Shown one piece after another: positions 1 through 8,393 of a stretch of DNA of 55,575 nt. The DNA is from Actinomycetota bacterium (GTDB taxonomy: Bacteria > Actinomycetota > Acidimicrobiia > Acidimicrobiales > CADCSY01). Made by a program: the position numbers and the translations under genes. The stretch is from NCBI GenBank assembly GCA_016781105.1, contig JADDRA010000109.1, forward strand, positions 1 to 55,575, read 5' to 3'. Below the pieces are notes generated by a model. It was not told where the DNA came from and made no database searches. It was given only the letters and a program-made list of their open reading frames with translations. Position 1 is the first letter of the stretch; every line of letters starts with the position of its first letter.

Positions 1-39
1 TAGCGACGGTCACCGAGGGCGAGCCACACGGCTGCGACC

Positions 40-1806
40 CTAGGGCGAGCGCCTCACCTGCACCTCCAGAGGCCCGTCGGTGCGGACCACGTCGAGCTCC
101 AGGTCGCCCACCTCCACGACGGAGCCCTCGTCCGGCACGACCGCGTCGCGGATGCGGTGGTCCTCGGGAGCCAGCACCACCCCCACCGGCAGCCGGGCGC
201 GCAGGAGCAGGACGGAGGACGCCACCGGTGCGCTCCCCCGGCGGGCCACCACGACGTCGAGGCGACGCACGCCCTCGGACCGCAGTCCCTCGAGGAGGGC
301 GGCGGGGTCGGGGTCGTCGAGCACCAGCACGACCGCGCCGGCTCGCCAGAGCTCGGCACCCCGGGCCGGCTCGGTCGCCGGGCCGCCACCGCCGCCGGCG
401 GCCCACGCCGGGGCCAGCACCACCAGGGCGGCCGCGGCCAGGCCGGCTGCCGGCACCACCGTCGGGAGGCGCTGCCGGCCCACCACCACCGACACGGCCA
501 CCACGCCGAGGGCGAGGAGGTGGGCCAGCTCGAGGCGGCCCAGGGGCAGGTCGGCCGCCCCCCGGGCCACGCCCGCCACCCAGGCAAGGAGCCAGGAGGT
601 GGGCAGGTGGAGCACGCCGTCGAGCGGGGGCCCGGCGACCCCTGCCACCAGCCCGGCCGTCAGCCCCCAGATCATCAGGGGCCCGGCGGCGGGCACGGCC
701 AGGAGGTTGGCGGGCACCGACGCCAGCGGCAGGCCGCCGAAGGTGGGGACGAGCACCGGCGCCACGCCGACCTGGGCGGCGAGGGTCACGGCCAGGCCCT
801 CGGCCAGCCACCGGGGACCGGGCAGGCGGCGTGCGAGGGGACCGGCCAGGGCCAGGATGCCGGCCGACGCCCCGACCGAGAGCCGGAAGCCGACCGAGTG
901 GACGAGGAGGGGATCGACCAGAACGACCCCGGCGACGGCCAGGGCGAGCAGGCGACGCCGCGAGGCGGGCCGTCCCAGCCCGGTGGCGGTGACGGCCAGC
1001 GCGGCCATGGCCGAGGCCCGCAGCACCGAGGGCTCCCAGCGGGTCACCACCCCGAAGAAGGCGATGACCGCCAGGCTGGCCGCCCACCGGCCACCCAGCC
1101 CGAGGCGGCGAAGCCCGGGCCCGGCCAGGACCAGGACGAAGGCGACGTTCTGTCCCGACACGGCCAGCAGGTGGGTCAGGCCGGCGGCCCGGAAATCGTC
1201 GGCCACCGCCACCGACTGGTCCCGGTCGTCGCCGAAGACCATCCCGGTCAGCAGGGCGCGCTGCTCGGCGGCGAGGGGACGGGCGCCGGCGACGAGGGTG
1301 TGGCGCAGGGCGTTGGCCGCACGGCTGGCCAGGTTCCCCGGGCGCCAGGGTCCGGCGCCGTCCACACTGAGCCGGGCGCTGACGTGGCGCCGGGCCAGCC
1401 AGGCGCGCGCCTCGGGCGGTGGCGGCCGCAGCCGTCCCTCCACCACCACCCGCTCCCCGGCCAGGCGAGGGGCGAGCACGGCGGCCGCCCGCCCCCGGGC
1501 CCACGCCTCCACCCGACGCCCACCGAGGCCGACGTCGACCTTGGTGGCCCCCCGCACCTCGACCGGATCGGACAGCAGCACCACCTCGCCGGCGACGGGT
1601 GCCGCCGCCGGAGGGACCAGCCCGGCCCAGGCCCGGGCGCCCAGGGCCGAAGCCAGCACCGCGGCGGCGACGATCAGCAGGGCCGGCCGTCGCAGGACCA
1701 GGGCCAGGGCCAGGGCGAGGACGGCCGGCACCAGCGGCACGGCCTGGGCCCACCAGGCGCCGACGCACACGGCCACGGCGAGGACCGACGCGGCCCGGTC
1801 GCTCAT
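40..1806 (-). CDS. comEC: ComEC/Rec2-family DNA internalisation channel protein
   Basis: 588-aa polytopic membrane protein with a ComEC-like hydrophobic core. It lies directly downstream of comEA. ATG at 1806. High GC3. Confidence 0.8.
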   Translation of the reverse strand: MSDRAASVLAVAVCVGAWWAQAVPLVPAVLALALALVLRRPALLIVAAAVLASALGARAWAGLVPPAAAPVAGEVVLLSDPVEVRGATKVDVGLGGRRVEAWARGRAAAVLAPRLAGERVVVEGRLRPPPPEARAWLARRHVSARLSVDGAGPWRPGNLASRAANALRHTLVAGARPLAAEQRALLTGMVFGDDRDQSVAVADDFRAAGLTHLLAVSGQNVAFVLVLAGPGLRRLGLGGRWAASLAVIAFFGVVTRWEPSVLRASAMAALAVTATGLGRPASRRRLLALAVAGVVLVDPLLVHSVGFRLSVGASAGILALAGPLARRLPGPRWLAEGLAVTLAAQVGVAPVLVPTFGGLPLASVPANLLAVPAAGPLMIWGLTAGLVAGVAGPPLDGVLHLPTSWLLAWVAGVARGAADLPLGRLELAHLLALGVVAVSVVVGRQRLPTVVPAAGLAAAALVVLAPAWAAGGGGGPATEPARGAELWRAGAVVLVLDDPDPAALLEGLRSEGVRRLDVVVARRGSAPVASSVLLLRARLPVGVVLAPEDHRIRDAVVPDEGSVVEVGDLELDVVRTDGPLEVQVRRSP

Positions 1807-1885
1807 CGCCCCCGGCCGGCCTCGTGCCCGGCGGCCAGGGTACGGACGACGCCTGCAGCCCCGGGGCCACCGGGTGGATGCCGGG

Positions 1886-2641
1886 TCACACCGTCACCAG
1901 GTCACGGAGGGCCTCAAGCTTGGCCTCGCCGATGCCCCGGACGTCGAGGAGCTCCTCCACCGAGGTGAACCCACCCCGGCGCTCGCGCTCGTCGAGGATG
2001 GCCTGCGCGGTGGCCGGCCCCACCCCGGGCAAGGCGTCAAGAGCGTCCGCGCTGGCGGTGTTGACGTCGATCAGGCCCCCCGTCGCCCCTCCCCCGGCCG
2101 GGCCGGCCCCTCCTCCGGCCACCTCGGGCACGGCCTCGCCCACCCGAGGCACGTACACCTGCTGGCCGTCGACCAGCGGAGCGGCGAGGTTCAGCCGGTC
2201 GAGGTCGCCGTCGTCGAGCGGTCCCCCGGCTGCCTCGACCAGGTCGGCCACCCGGGCATCGCCCCCCAAGCGGTAGACGCCGGGATCGTGGACCGCGCCG
2301 GCGGCATGGACGAGCACCTCGGCCAGGAGGGTCGTGGTCGTGATCGAGGTGACGCCGGGGTCGCCCGGGCCTCCGGCGAGGGGCAGGCTGAGCTCGGCCG
2401 GGGGCGGTGGCCCCCGCAGGACGACCACGGCGACGGCGGCAGCCACCACGACGCCCACGGCCGCGGCGGCCAGCCGGGACGGGCTGAGCGGCGTGGGCCC
2501 GGCCAGCAGCTCGAGGCGCTCCCGCCAGGCGGCGGGGACAGTGGCCGGTGCCGGTGGACGGTCGGAGCCGGCAGGACCGTCAGGGGTGGCAGGACCGTCA
2601 AGGGTGGCGGGGCGGTCCGGGGTGGGAGGAACGTCGGGCAC
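1886..2641 (-). CDS. comEA: ComEA-family DNA-binding competence protein with helix-hairpin-helix domain
   Basis: C-terminal tandem HhH (DVNTASADALDALPGVGPATAQAILDER...VEELLDVRGIGEAKLEAL) after an N-terminal TM segment and SLBB-like region. GTG start at 2641. Confidence 0.85.
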   Translation of the reverse strand: MPDVPPTPDRPATLDGPATPDGPAGSDRPPAPATVPAAWRERLELLAGPTPLSPSRLAAAAVGVVVAAAVAVVVLRGPPPPAELSLPLAGGPGDPGVTSITTTTLLAEVLVHAAGAVHDPGVYRLGGDARVADLVEAAGGPLDDGDLDRLNLAAPLVDGQQVYVPRVGEAVPEVAGGGAGPAGGGATGGLIDVNTASADALDALPGVGPATAQAILDERERRGGFTSVEELLDVRGIGEAKLEALRDLVTV

Positions 2642-2737
2642 GGCAGTCCCCAGCAGCGAGAGCGGGTGCGCCGGGGAAGCGAGAGGACCCGGGCTCGCCG
2701 GGTCGGGAGACAGCGTAGCGCCGAAGACGCTCGGATG

Positions 2738-3058
2738 TCACGAGGAGGTGCTCGAGGGCCCCGGCTGGCGGGCCACCCACGCGGCCTCGATCTCGAGCGG
2801 GATCCGCCGGTAGGAGTCCCAGTGGGAGTGGGCCCGCCGCCGCCAGCGCAGGTAGGCGCCGAGGTAGCGGGCGAGGAAGCCGGCCACCCCGAGCCGTCGC
2901 CACTGGGCCACGTGGACCAGCTCGTGGCGCAGCAGGCGACGGTCGCCCGCGGCACGCCGGCGCAGCGAGATCAGCGGACCGAGGGTGATGGCTGCCGCCC
3001 CCGGCGGCACCGGCCCCCCGACCCAGCGCCAGTGGTCGCCATGGCGCTCGAGGCCCAT
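2738..3058 (-). CDS. small HExxH-motif protein, possibly a DUF4157-like metallopeptidase domain
   Basis: 106 codons from the ATG at 3058 with high GC3. Motif LLRHELVHVAQW resembles the HExxHxxQ signature of DUF4157. The rest of the 298-aa track ORF is a shadow of the thioredoxin gene. Confidence 0.55.
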   Translation of the reverse strand: MGLERHGDHWRWVGGPVPPGAAAITLGPLISLRRRAAGDRRLLRHELVHVAQWRRLGVAGFLARYLGAYLRWRRRAHSHWDSYRRIPLEIEAAWVARQPGPSSTSS

Positions 3059-3095
3059 GCCGCCGACGACGCTCGAGCCGAGCCGACCGGCGGGC

Positions 3096-3806
3096 TCAGA
3101 ACAGCCGGGTGGTGAGGGCCCGCCGGTAGGTGAGGGTGCGGGGGTCGTCGGGGCCCAGCAGCTCCAGCATGTCGAGGAACTCCTGGCGGGCGGCGGGATC
3201 GTCGCGGACCCGCTCCAGCAGGGCGTCGAGGCGGGCGCTGGGGTCGTCGCCGGCCTGGGCCGGCTCGTTCCCGAGTCGGGCCAGCGCCGCCACCCGGCGG
3301 GTCTCCACCGACGAAGGGACGCGCTGGAGCAGCGCCAGGGCCTCCTCGGAGCGCCCGCTGCCGGCGTACAGCTCGGCCAGGGCCACGACCGCGTCGGCGT
3401 TGTCGGGCTCGAGCTCCAGTGCGGCCAGCAGCGACGTCTCGTCACCCTTGGCCACCAGCCGCTGCACCTCAGTCTCCTCCACGGTCGGGAGCAGGGCCTC
3501 GACGAACTGGCGGACGGCGGCCTCGGGCTTGGCCCCGATGAACTGGTCGACCACCTTGCCGTCGACGAGCGCGAACACGGCCGGGATGGTCTGCACACCG
3601 AACGCCTGGGCCACCGCCACGTTGGTGTCGACATCGACCTTGGCCAGCTCCACCTTGCCGCCGGTGTCGGCGATCACACGCTCGAGGATGGGACCGAGGG
3701 CCCGGCACGGTCCGCACCACGACGCCCACAGGTCGACCACGACGGGCAGCGTCTTGGAGCGCTCGACGACCTGGGTCTGGAACGTGGCATCGGTCACATC
3801 GGCCAT
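3096..3806 (-). CDS. thioredoxin-domain protein with C-terminal TPR-like domain (YbbN/CnoX-like)
   Basis: WCGPC active site (DLWASWCGPCRAL) followed by a helical repeat region. The internal ATG (MADVTDATF) at 3806 avoids overlap with the divergent PAC2 gene. Confidence 0.85.
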   Translation of the reverse strand: MADVTDATFQTQVVERSKTLPVVVDLWASWCGPCRALGPILERVIADTGGKVELAKVDVDTNVAVAQAFGVQTIPAVFALVDGKVVDQFIGAKPEAAVRQFVEALLPTVEETEVQRLVAKGDETSLLAALELEPDNADAVVALAELYAGSGRSEEALALLQRVPSSVETRRVAALARLGNEPAQAGDDPSARLDALLERVRDDPAARQEFLDMLELLGPDDPRTLTYRRALTTRLF

Positions 3807-3849
3807 GGGCCGAGCGTACCGGCGGCAGGTGCCCGGTACGGTGCTGTCC

Positions 3850-4749
3850 ATGGCCGAGGGAAGCGACCATCCGCTCTACCAGCTGGGCGACCAGCCCGAC
3901 CTGTCCGACCCGGTGCTGGTGGTCGGACTGTCGGGATGGGTCGACGCCGGCTACGGGGCCGGGGCCGCCCTGACGCACCTCTTGGAGGCCGGCGAGACGA
4001 CCGTGGTGGCCGACTTCGACGTCGACGTCCTGGTCGACCACCGGGCCCGGCGCCCGATCATGCACCTGGTCGAGGGGGTCAACACCGGGCTGACCTGGCC
4101 GGTGATCGAGCTCCGCCACGGGGTCGACCTGGAGGGCCGTGACCTGCTCCTGTTGACCGGGGCCGAACCCGACATCGGCTGGCGGGCGTTCACCGAGGCC
4201 CTCGTCGAGCTGGCCGTGCGCCTGGGCGTGCGCCTGGTGGTCGGCCTGGGCGCCTACCCGGCTCCGGTGCCCCACAGTCGTCCCATCCGGGTGGCCACCA
4301 CCGCCGGTGACGCCGAGCTGGCGGCCCGGGCGGGCGAGGTCCACGCCACCCTGGACGTGCCCGCCGGGGTGGGGGCGGCTATCGAGGAGCGCTGCGCCCT
4401 CGCCGGGCTCCCCGCCGTGGGCCTGTGGGCCCAGGTGCCCCACTACGCCGCCGGCATGCCCTACCCCGAGGCCAGCGCCACCCTGCTGGAAGGGCTGGCC
4501 CGGGTGGCCGGGCTGCGCCTCGACGTGGCCGAGCTGCACGACGCCGCCCGCCTCCACCGGGACCGGCTCGACGACCTGGTCGCCACCAACATCGAGCACA
4601 CCCGGATGGTCCACACGCTGGAGGCGGCGTACGACGCCGAGCGGTCGGGCGAGGGCACCATCGGGTTCACGCCCGCTGCGGGCGAGGAGCTGGCCGCCGA
4701 GGTGGAGCGCTTCCTGCGCGACCTCGACAGCGGCGACGGCAGCTCCTGA
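3850..4749 (+). CDS. PAC2 (proteasome assembly chaperone 2-like) family protein
   Basis: PVLVVGLSGWVDAGYGAGAA...LLLLTGAEPD...VVGLGAYPA is typical of actinobacterial PAC2 proteins. ATG at 3850 is in frame with the 3130..4749 ORF. Confidence 0.8.
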   Translation: MAEGSDHPLYQLGDQPDLSDPVLVVGLSGWVDAGYGAGAALTHLLEAGETTVVADFDVDVLVDHRARRPIMHLVEGVNTGLTWPVIELRHGVDLEGRDLLLLTGAEPDIGWRAFTEALVELAVRLGVRLVVGLGAYPAPVPHSRPIRVATTAGDAELAARAGEVHATLDVPAGVGAAIEERCALAGLPAVGLWAQVPHYAAGMPYPEASATLLEGLARVAGLRLDVAELHDAARLHRDRLDDLVATNIEHTRMVHTLEAAYDAERSGEGTIGFTPAAGEELAAEVERFLRDLDSGDGSS

Positions 4750-4759
4750 CGCTGCCGGG

Positions 4760-5413
4760 TCAGGTGAACAGGGTGAAGACGCCGGCGACGACCAGGGTGG
4801 CGGCCCATACCAGGTCCATGTTCACCCAGGCCCGGCGCAGGACGCCCAGGCCCACCTTCTCGTAGACGATCACGGCCACCACCCCCATGACCGCGAGCAT
4901 GGCGGTGCTGTGGACCACGACGGCCGCCGCCCCCCACCACAGCGACACCCCCCCGGCCCCGAGGGCCAGCAGCTCGTGCTCAGGTGCGTCGGCGGCGCCC
5001 CCGGCCAGCGCCGGCAGGCCGAGCAGCACGGGGAGCAGCATGAGACCCGCACCGTGGGCGCTCGACATGAGGAATGACCACGCCGTGAGCTGGCGGCGGT
5101 CGACGCGGAAGCCGACCCAGCGGGGGTGACGGGGGCGGAGCAGCTTCAGCGCCCCGAAGCCGACGAGCACCACCGCCCCGACCGTGCGCACGGCCGCAGC
5201 CGGACCGGCGGCCAGCGCGCCCCCGAGGACCACCACGACCACCGCCACCGACAGCTCGTGGCCCACGGCGATGGGGACCAGGGCCCGCCGCACCGCCCCG
5301 CGGGAGCCTTCCTGGAGGCCGAGGCCCACGGCGAACAGCCAGCCCATCCCCGGGTTGAGGCCGTGGTAGGCGCCGAGCAGGCACAGCGTCACCCACGGCC
5401 ACACGCCGTCCAC
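4760..5413 (-). CDS. polytopic membrane protein, divergent RcnA/NicO-like metal-permease candidate
   Basis: About six hydrophobic segments. The N-terminal LLGAYHGLNPGMGW resembles the RcnA motif LLGALHGLEPGHSK. Conserved His at GHE, SSAHGAG and VHS. GTG start at 5413. Confidence 0.6.
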   Translation of the reverse strand: MDGVWPWVTLCLLGAYHGLNPGMGWLFAVGLGLQEGSRGAVRRALVPIAVGHELSVAVVVVVLGGALAAGPAAAVRTVGAVVLVGFGALKLLRPRHPRWVGFRVDRRQLTAWSFLMSSAHGAGLMLLPVLLGLPALAGGAADAPEHELLALGAGGVSLWWGAAAVVVHSTAMLAVMGVVAVIVYEKVGLGVLRRAWVNMDLVWAATLVVAGVFTLFT

Positions 5414-5425
5414 CGCTCCCGGCGC

Positions 5426-6808
5426 CTACGGGAAGCAGTACGAGTCCGAGGAGGCGTCCCCGCCCTGGAGGCGGACCTGGTGGGGTCGCTCGCCGTCGAA
5501 GGGCACGAAGAAGTCGGGGTCGACCGACAGGCCGCCGGTCGGGTCGGCGTCGAGCTTGACGACCCAGCCATCGAGGCCCTCGGGGTAGAACTGGGCGTCC
5601 CAGGAGGCGTAGAGCGAGTTGGTGAGGTAGACCCGGCGACCGTCCCGGCTCACCTCCACCATCTGCGGGCCGCCGCTCAGGGGCCCCGACGCCGGATGAG
5701 GAGCCCGGCCGGTGATCCCGCCCAGGCGCACCGAGCCCACCAGCACGGGGGCGAAGGGGTCGGAGACGTCGTACTGGCGCAGCTCCCCCGTCCCCCAGCA
5801 CGACACGTAGAGGAAGCGGTCGTCGAGGGTCAGGTCGATGTCGGTCACCAGCGGGGGCACGGCGCCGAAGGGCTTGAGTGCCGGGGGCAGCTGGTCGGCG
5901 TGCGCCGGCTCGGCCGGGATCTCGATGACCTTGCGCACGTCCCACGACCCGTTCGACTGGAACCAGGTCCACACCGAGGCCGACAGGTCGGCGGTGGAGA
6001 CCACCACGCCGACGAACCCGTAGGACTTCCTCGGGTCGTGGGCCGGGCGCAGCTCGAGCACCATCTGCTGCTCGGGACCGAGGTCGATGGCCTGGACGTG
6101 ACGGCGCTTGCGCAGGTCCCAGACGTGGAGCTGGTGGCCGTAGCTGCCCAGCAGCTCGGGGTTGAGGCCGTCCTCGACCATGTTGGGCGTGCCCCACTCG
6201 CTGGTGAGCATGGTGTCGTGGCCCAGGTGCCACCAGAAGTCGTAGGCCAGGTGCTGGGGTCCGCGGTCGACCTCCCACTGCCCGAGGGGCTCGAAGCTGT
6301 CGTGGTCGAGCAGGAAGATGCCACCGGGGCCGTCCCCGTCGGGTCTGCCCAGCCCGTTCATGTACACGCCCTCGGGGCCACAGTGGCTGGTGTGGGGCCG
6401 GCTGTAGCCGGTGCGCCGGGCCAGCTCGTCAGCCTCGATGACCTTCGTCAAGGTGGGCGCCCGGGGGTCGGGCTTGGTGTCGATGACGTGAATGCGCGAC
6501 GAGCGCAGGCCGGGCACCAGCAGGTAGCGGCGCTCGACGTGGGGGTGCGGCGCGTAGGGGCACAGCGCCGAGCTGCAGGCGTTCCAGCCGAAGTGGTGGA
6601 GCTCATCACCGACGCCTGGCATGTCCAGCCGCCCCACCACCTGGGCGTAGGTGGACGAGGCCGGGTCGGTGTCGAGCACGCACAGGGCGTCGGGTCGGGG
6701 GTCGTCGGCGGTGTTGAGCACGGCCACATAGGCCAGCTCCTCGGGCTCGGCCTCCATCGCCATGCGGGCCGAGGGGTAGAAGGTCGGGTCGGGCTTCCAC
6801 GACGGCAC
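5426..6808 (-). CDS. selenium-binding protein 56 family protein / methanethiol-oxidase-like
   Basis: 460 aa, collinear with SBP56 as I recall it (DELHHFGWNACSS, RIHVIDTKPDPRAP, SHCGPEG, YDFWWH, LYVSCWGTGELRQYDVSDP, GGPQMVEVSRDGRRVYLTNSLY). GTG start at 6808. Confidence 0.9.
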   Translation of the reverse strand: MPSWKPDPTFYPSARMAMEAEPEELAYVAVLNTADDPRPDALCVLDTDPASSTYAQVVGRLDMPGVGDELHHFGWNACSSALCPYAPHPHVERRYLLVPGLRSSRIHVIDTKPDPRAPTLTKVIEADELARRTGYSRPHTSHCGPEGVYMNGLGRPDGDGPGGIFLLDHDSFEPLGQWEVDRGPQHLAYDFWWHLGHDTMLTSEWGTPNMVEDGLNPELLGSYGHQLHVWDLRKRRHVQAIDLGPEQQMVLELRPAHDPRKSYGFVGVVVSTADLSASVWTWFQSNGSWDVRKVIEIPAEPAHADQLPPALKPFGAVPPLVTDIDLTLDDRFLYVSCWGTGELRQYDVSDPFAPVLVGSVRLGGITGRAPHPASGPLSGGPQMVEVSRDGRRVYLTNSLYASWDAQFYPEGLDGWVVKLDADPTGGLSVDPDFFVPFDGERPHQVRLQGGDASSDSYCFP

Positions 6809-6813
6809 GGCGC

Positions 6814-6882
6814 TCAGCTCCGGGCCTGGTCGCGGACGACGTGGCGGATGGTGCCGACATTGGTGCGGCGGTGTTGGTGCAC
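6814..6882 (-). CDS. candidate 22-codon upstream ORF (VHQHRRTNVGTIRHVVRDQARS) ahead of the SBP56 gene
   Basis: AGGAGG (6889-6894, minus strand) lies 6 nt before the GTG at 6882. Its stop at 6814-6816 is 5 nt before the SBP56 GTG. GC3 is high. It is short, so speculative. Confidence 0.25.
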   Translation of the reverse strand: MHQHRRTNVGTIRHVVRDQARS

Positions 6883-6902
6883 GCTGATCCTCCTGGGGAG
6901 TC

Positions 6903-7406
6903 TTGACGGTTCGGGCGCGTGTGCAGGCGCCCGCTGGCGGAGACCCCAGGGGAGGGTCCGCGGCGGGTCAGGACGTGGAGCTCGAGGTGCCGCGGCCGCT
7001 GGGGCCTGGCTCGCCCGACCGGGCGAGCACGGAGCGGGCTCAACGACAGGCCATGCGGCTCCCCCCTCCCGGCGACGTACCGGCTCGTCCGGCGGCTCTT
7101 GGCCCAGCATGCCACATCCCCGGGGTCCGAGCCTCCTCCCCCCTTGTTCTGGTAGAGGACCGGCTGCCCCCCGCGCGCCTGCTCGGGCAGGACCTCTCGG
7201 TCAACGTCCACACCGTGCTGCGGGCCTACACCCAGCTGAGGGACGAGGGCCTGGTGGAGATGCGCCGGGGGCGGGGCGTGATCGTCCTGGGGGCCAGCGA
7301 CGGGCGGGCCTCGCTCATCGAGCTCGTTGTCCAGCTCGTCACCGAGGCCCGCCACCTCGGTCTCGGTCGGCGCGAGCTGCTGGCCCTGGTGGAAGGCCAG
7401 CTGTGA
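6903..7406 (+). CDS. GntR-family (YtrA-like) transcriptional regulator with an anomalous, possibly frameshifted N-terminus
   Basis: The C-terminal 87 codons are a clear wHTH recognition part plus YtrA-type tail ([43 protein letters not shown]). The expected first helix ([11 protein letters not shown]) and the higher GC3 lie in a different frame, which stops at 7155. Confidence 0.5.
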   Translation: MTVRARVQAPAGGDPRGGSAAGQDVELEVPRPLGPGSPDRASTERAQRQAMRLPPPGDVPARPAALGPACHIPGVRASSPLVLVEDRLPPARLLGQDLSVNVHTVLRAYTQLRDEGLVEMRRGRGVIVLGASDGRASLIELVVQLVTEARHLGLGRRELLALVEGQL

Positions 7407-8393
7407 GCGACCGGACCGTGCGGCCCCGCGGGCGGCGCCTCCTGCTGGGGGTGGTCCTGCCGGCTGCCCAGGTCACCGTGGCCGTGGCCCCGTTGGTGGC
7501 ACTGTGGTCCCGGCTGCCCGAGCCCGTGGCCACGCACTGGTCGCTGTCGGGAGCACCGGACGGGAGGATGTCGAGGGGTGCCGCCCTGGCCGTGCAAGGC
7601 GGGCTCACGCTGCTCGCCGCCGGCGTCGCCTTCGCCGTATCCTCTCGCCGCCGGCCGTCGGGCGGCGGCGAGGTCAAGGTGAGCCTGGGTCTCGCCGGCG
7701 CCGTCTTCGTGGCCGGCCTCATCGCCCTCCTGTCGACCCTGACGGTCGCCGTCGCGTGGACGAGACGAGCTGGCGCGGGGCCGACCTGCCCGTCGCCGCC
7801 GTCCCCGTGGCCGTCGGCGTCGCCGCCCTGTTGGCCTGGGCCACCTCGGTGCTGGCTCGTGGCCTCGATCAGCCGGCGCCCACCCCCGGGGTGGCGACCA
7901 CGCCGCTCGAGCTCGGGGCCACGGAGCGAGTTGCCTGGGTCGGGACCGCGACCAGTCGCTGGGCCCTGCCCGTCGTAGCTGCGTGTGCGGGGATCGGGTT
8001 GGCCGGCGCTGCCCTCACCCCATCGGGTGCCGTCGTCGCCCTGGTGGTCGTCGGCGTAGCCATGGCCGCGTTCACGTCGGTGCGCGTGAGCGTGGGTGCC
8101 GCCGGCGTCCGGGTCGCCTACGGACGCCTGGGGTGGCCGACCACCCGGATCCCCATCGAGGAGATCCGCAGGGCCAGCGCGGTCACGTCCGCCCCTCGTC
8201 GTGGGGAGGATGGGGCTACCGGGGCAGCCTGCGCCTGTTCCGACACGCCGCCGTCGTCCTGCGCTCCGGCGAGGGCCTCCGCCTCGACCTCGACGCCGAC
8301 CGGGTCTTCCTCGTCACCGTCGACGATCCCGGGACCGGTGCAGGGCTCCTCAACGAGGAGCTGCGACGGAGCGGACGCCGCGATGGCTCCTGA
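7403..8393 (+). pseudogene. DUF1648-type membrane protein with C-terminal bPH-like domain, disrupted by two frameshifts
   Basis: GTGA overlap with the gntR stop. Coding signal and homology-like sequence run in frame 2 (7403 to about 7756: [20 protein letters not shown]). They continue in frame 1 (about 7756-8185: [11 protein letters not shown]...[20 protein letters not shown]). They finish in frame 3 (about 8187-8393: [17 protein letters not shown]...[18 protein letters not shown]). Confidence 0.7.

Noticed and set aside
2571-2624. Three imperfect 18-nt tandem repeats in the 5' part of comEA.
   Set aside because: They encode a Pro/Asp/Gly/Thr hexapeptide repeat (PATLDG/PATPDG-like) in the disordered N-terminus before the TM segment. 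This is an ordinary low-complexity coding repeat.
80-3115. Very long track ORFs, for example 80..3115, 5126..7978, 8350..11478, 17643..19433, 19210..21186, 23426..26119, 31507..33711, 39925..41448 (5' part) and 46413..49631.
   Set aside because: Their translations are Arg/Pro/Gly/Ala-rich with no motifs. They lie antisense to or out of frame with genes that have clear family signatures and better third-position GC. These are typical stop-poor shadow frames of a roughly 70% GC genome.
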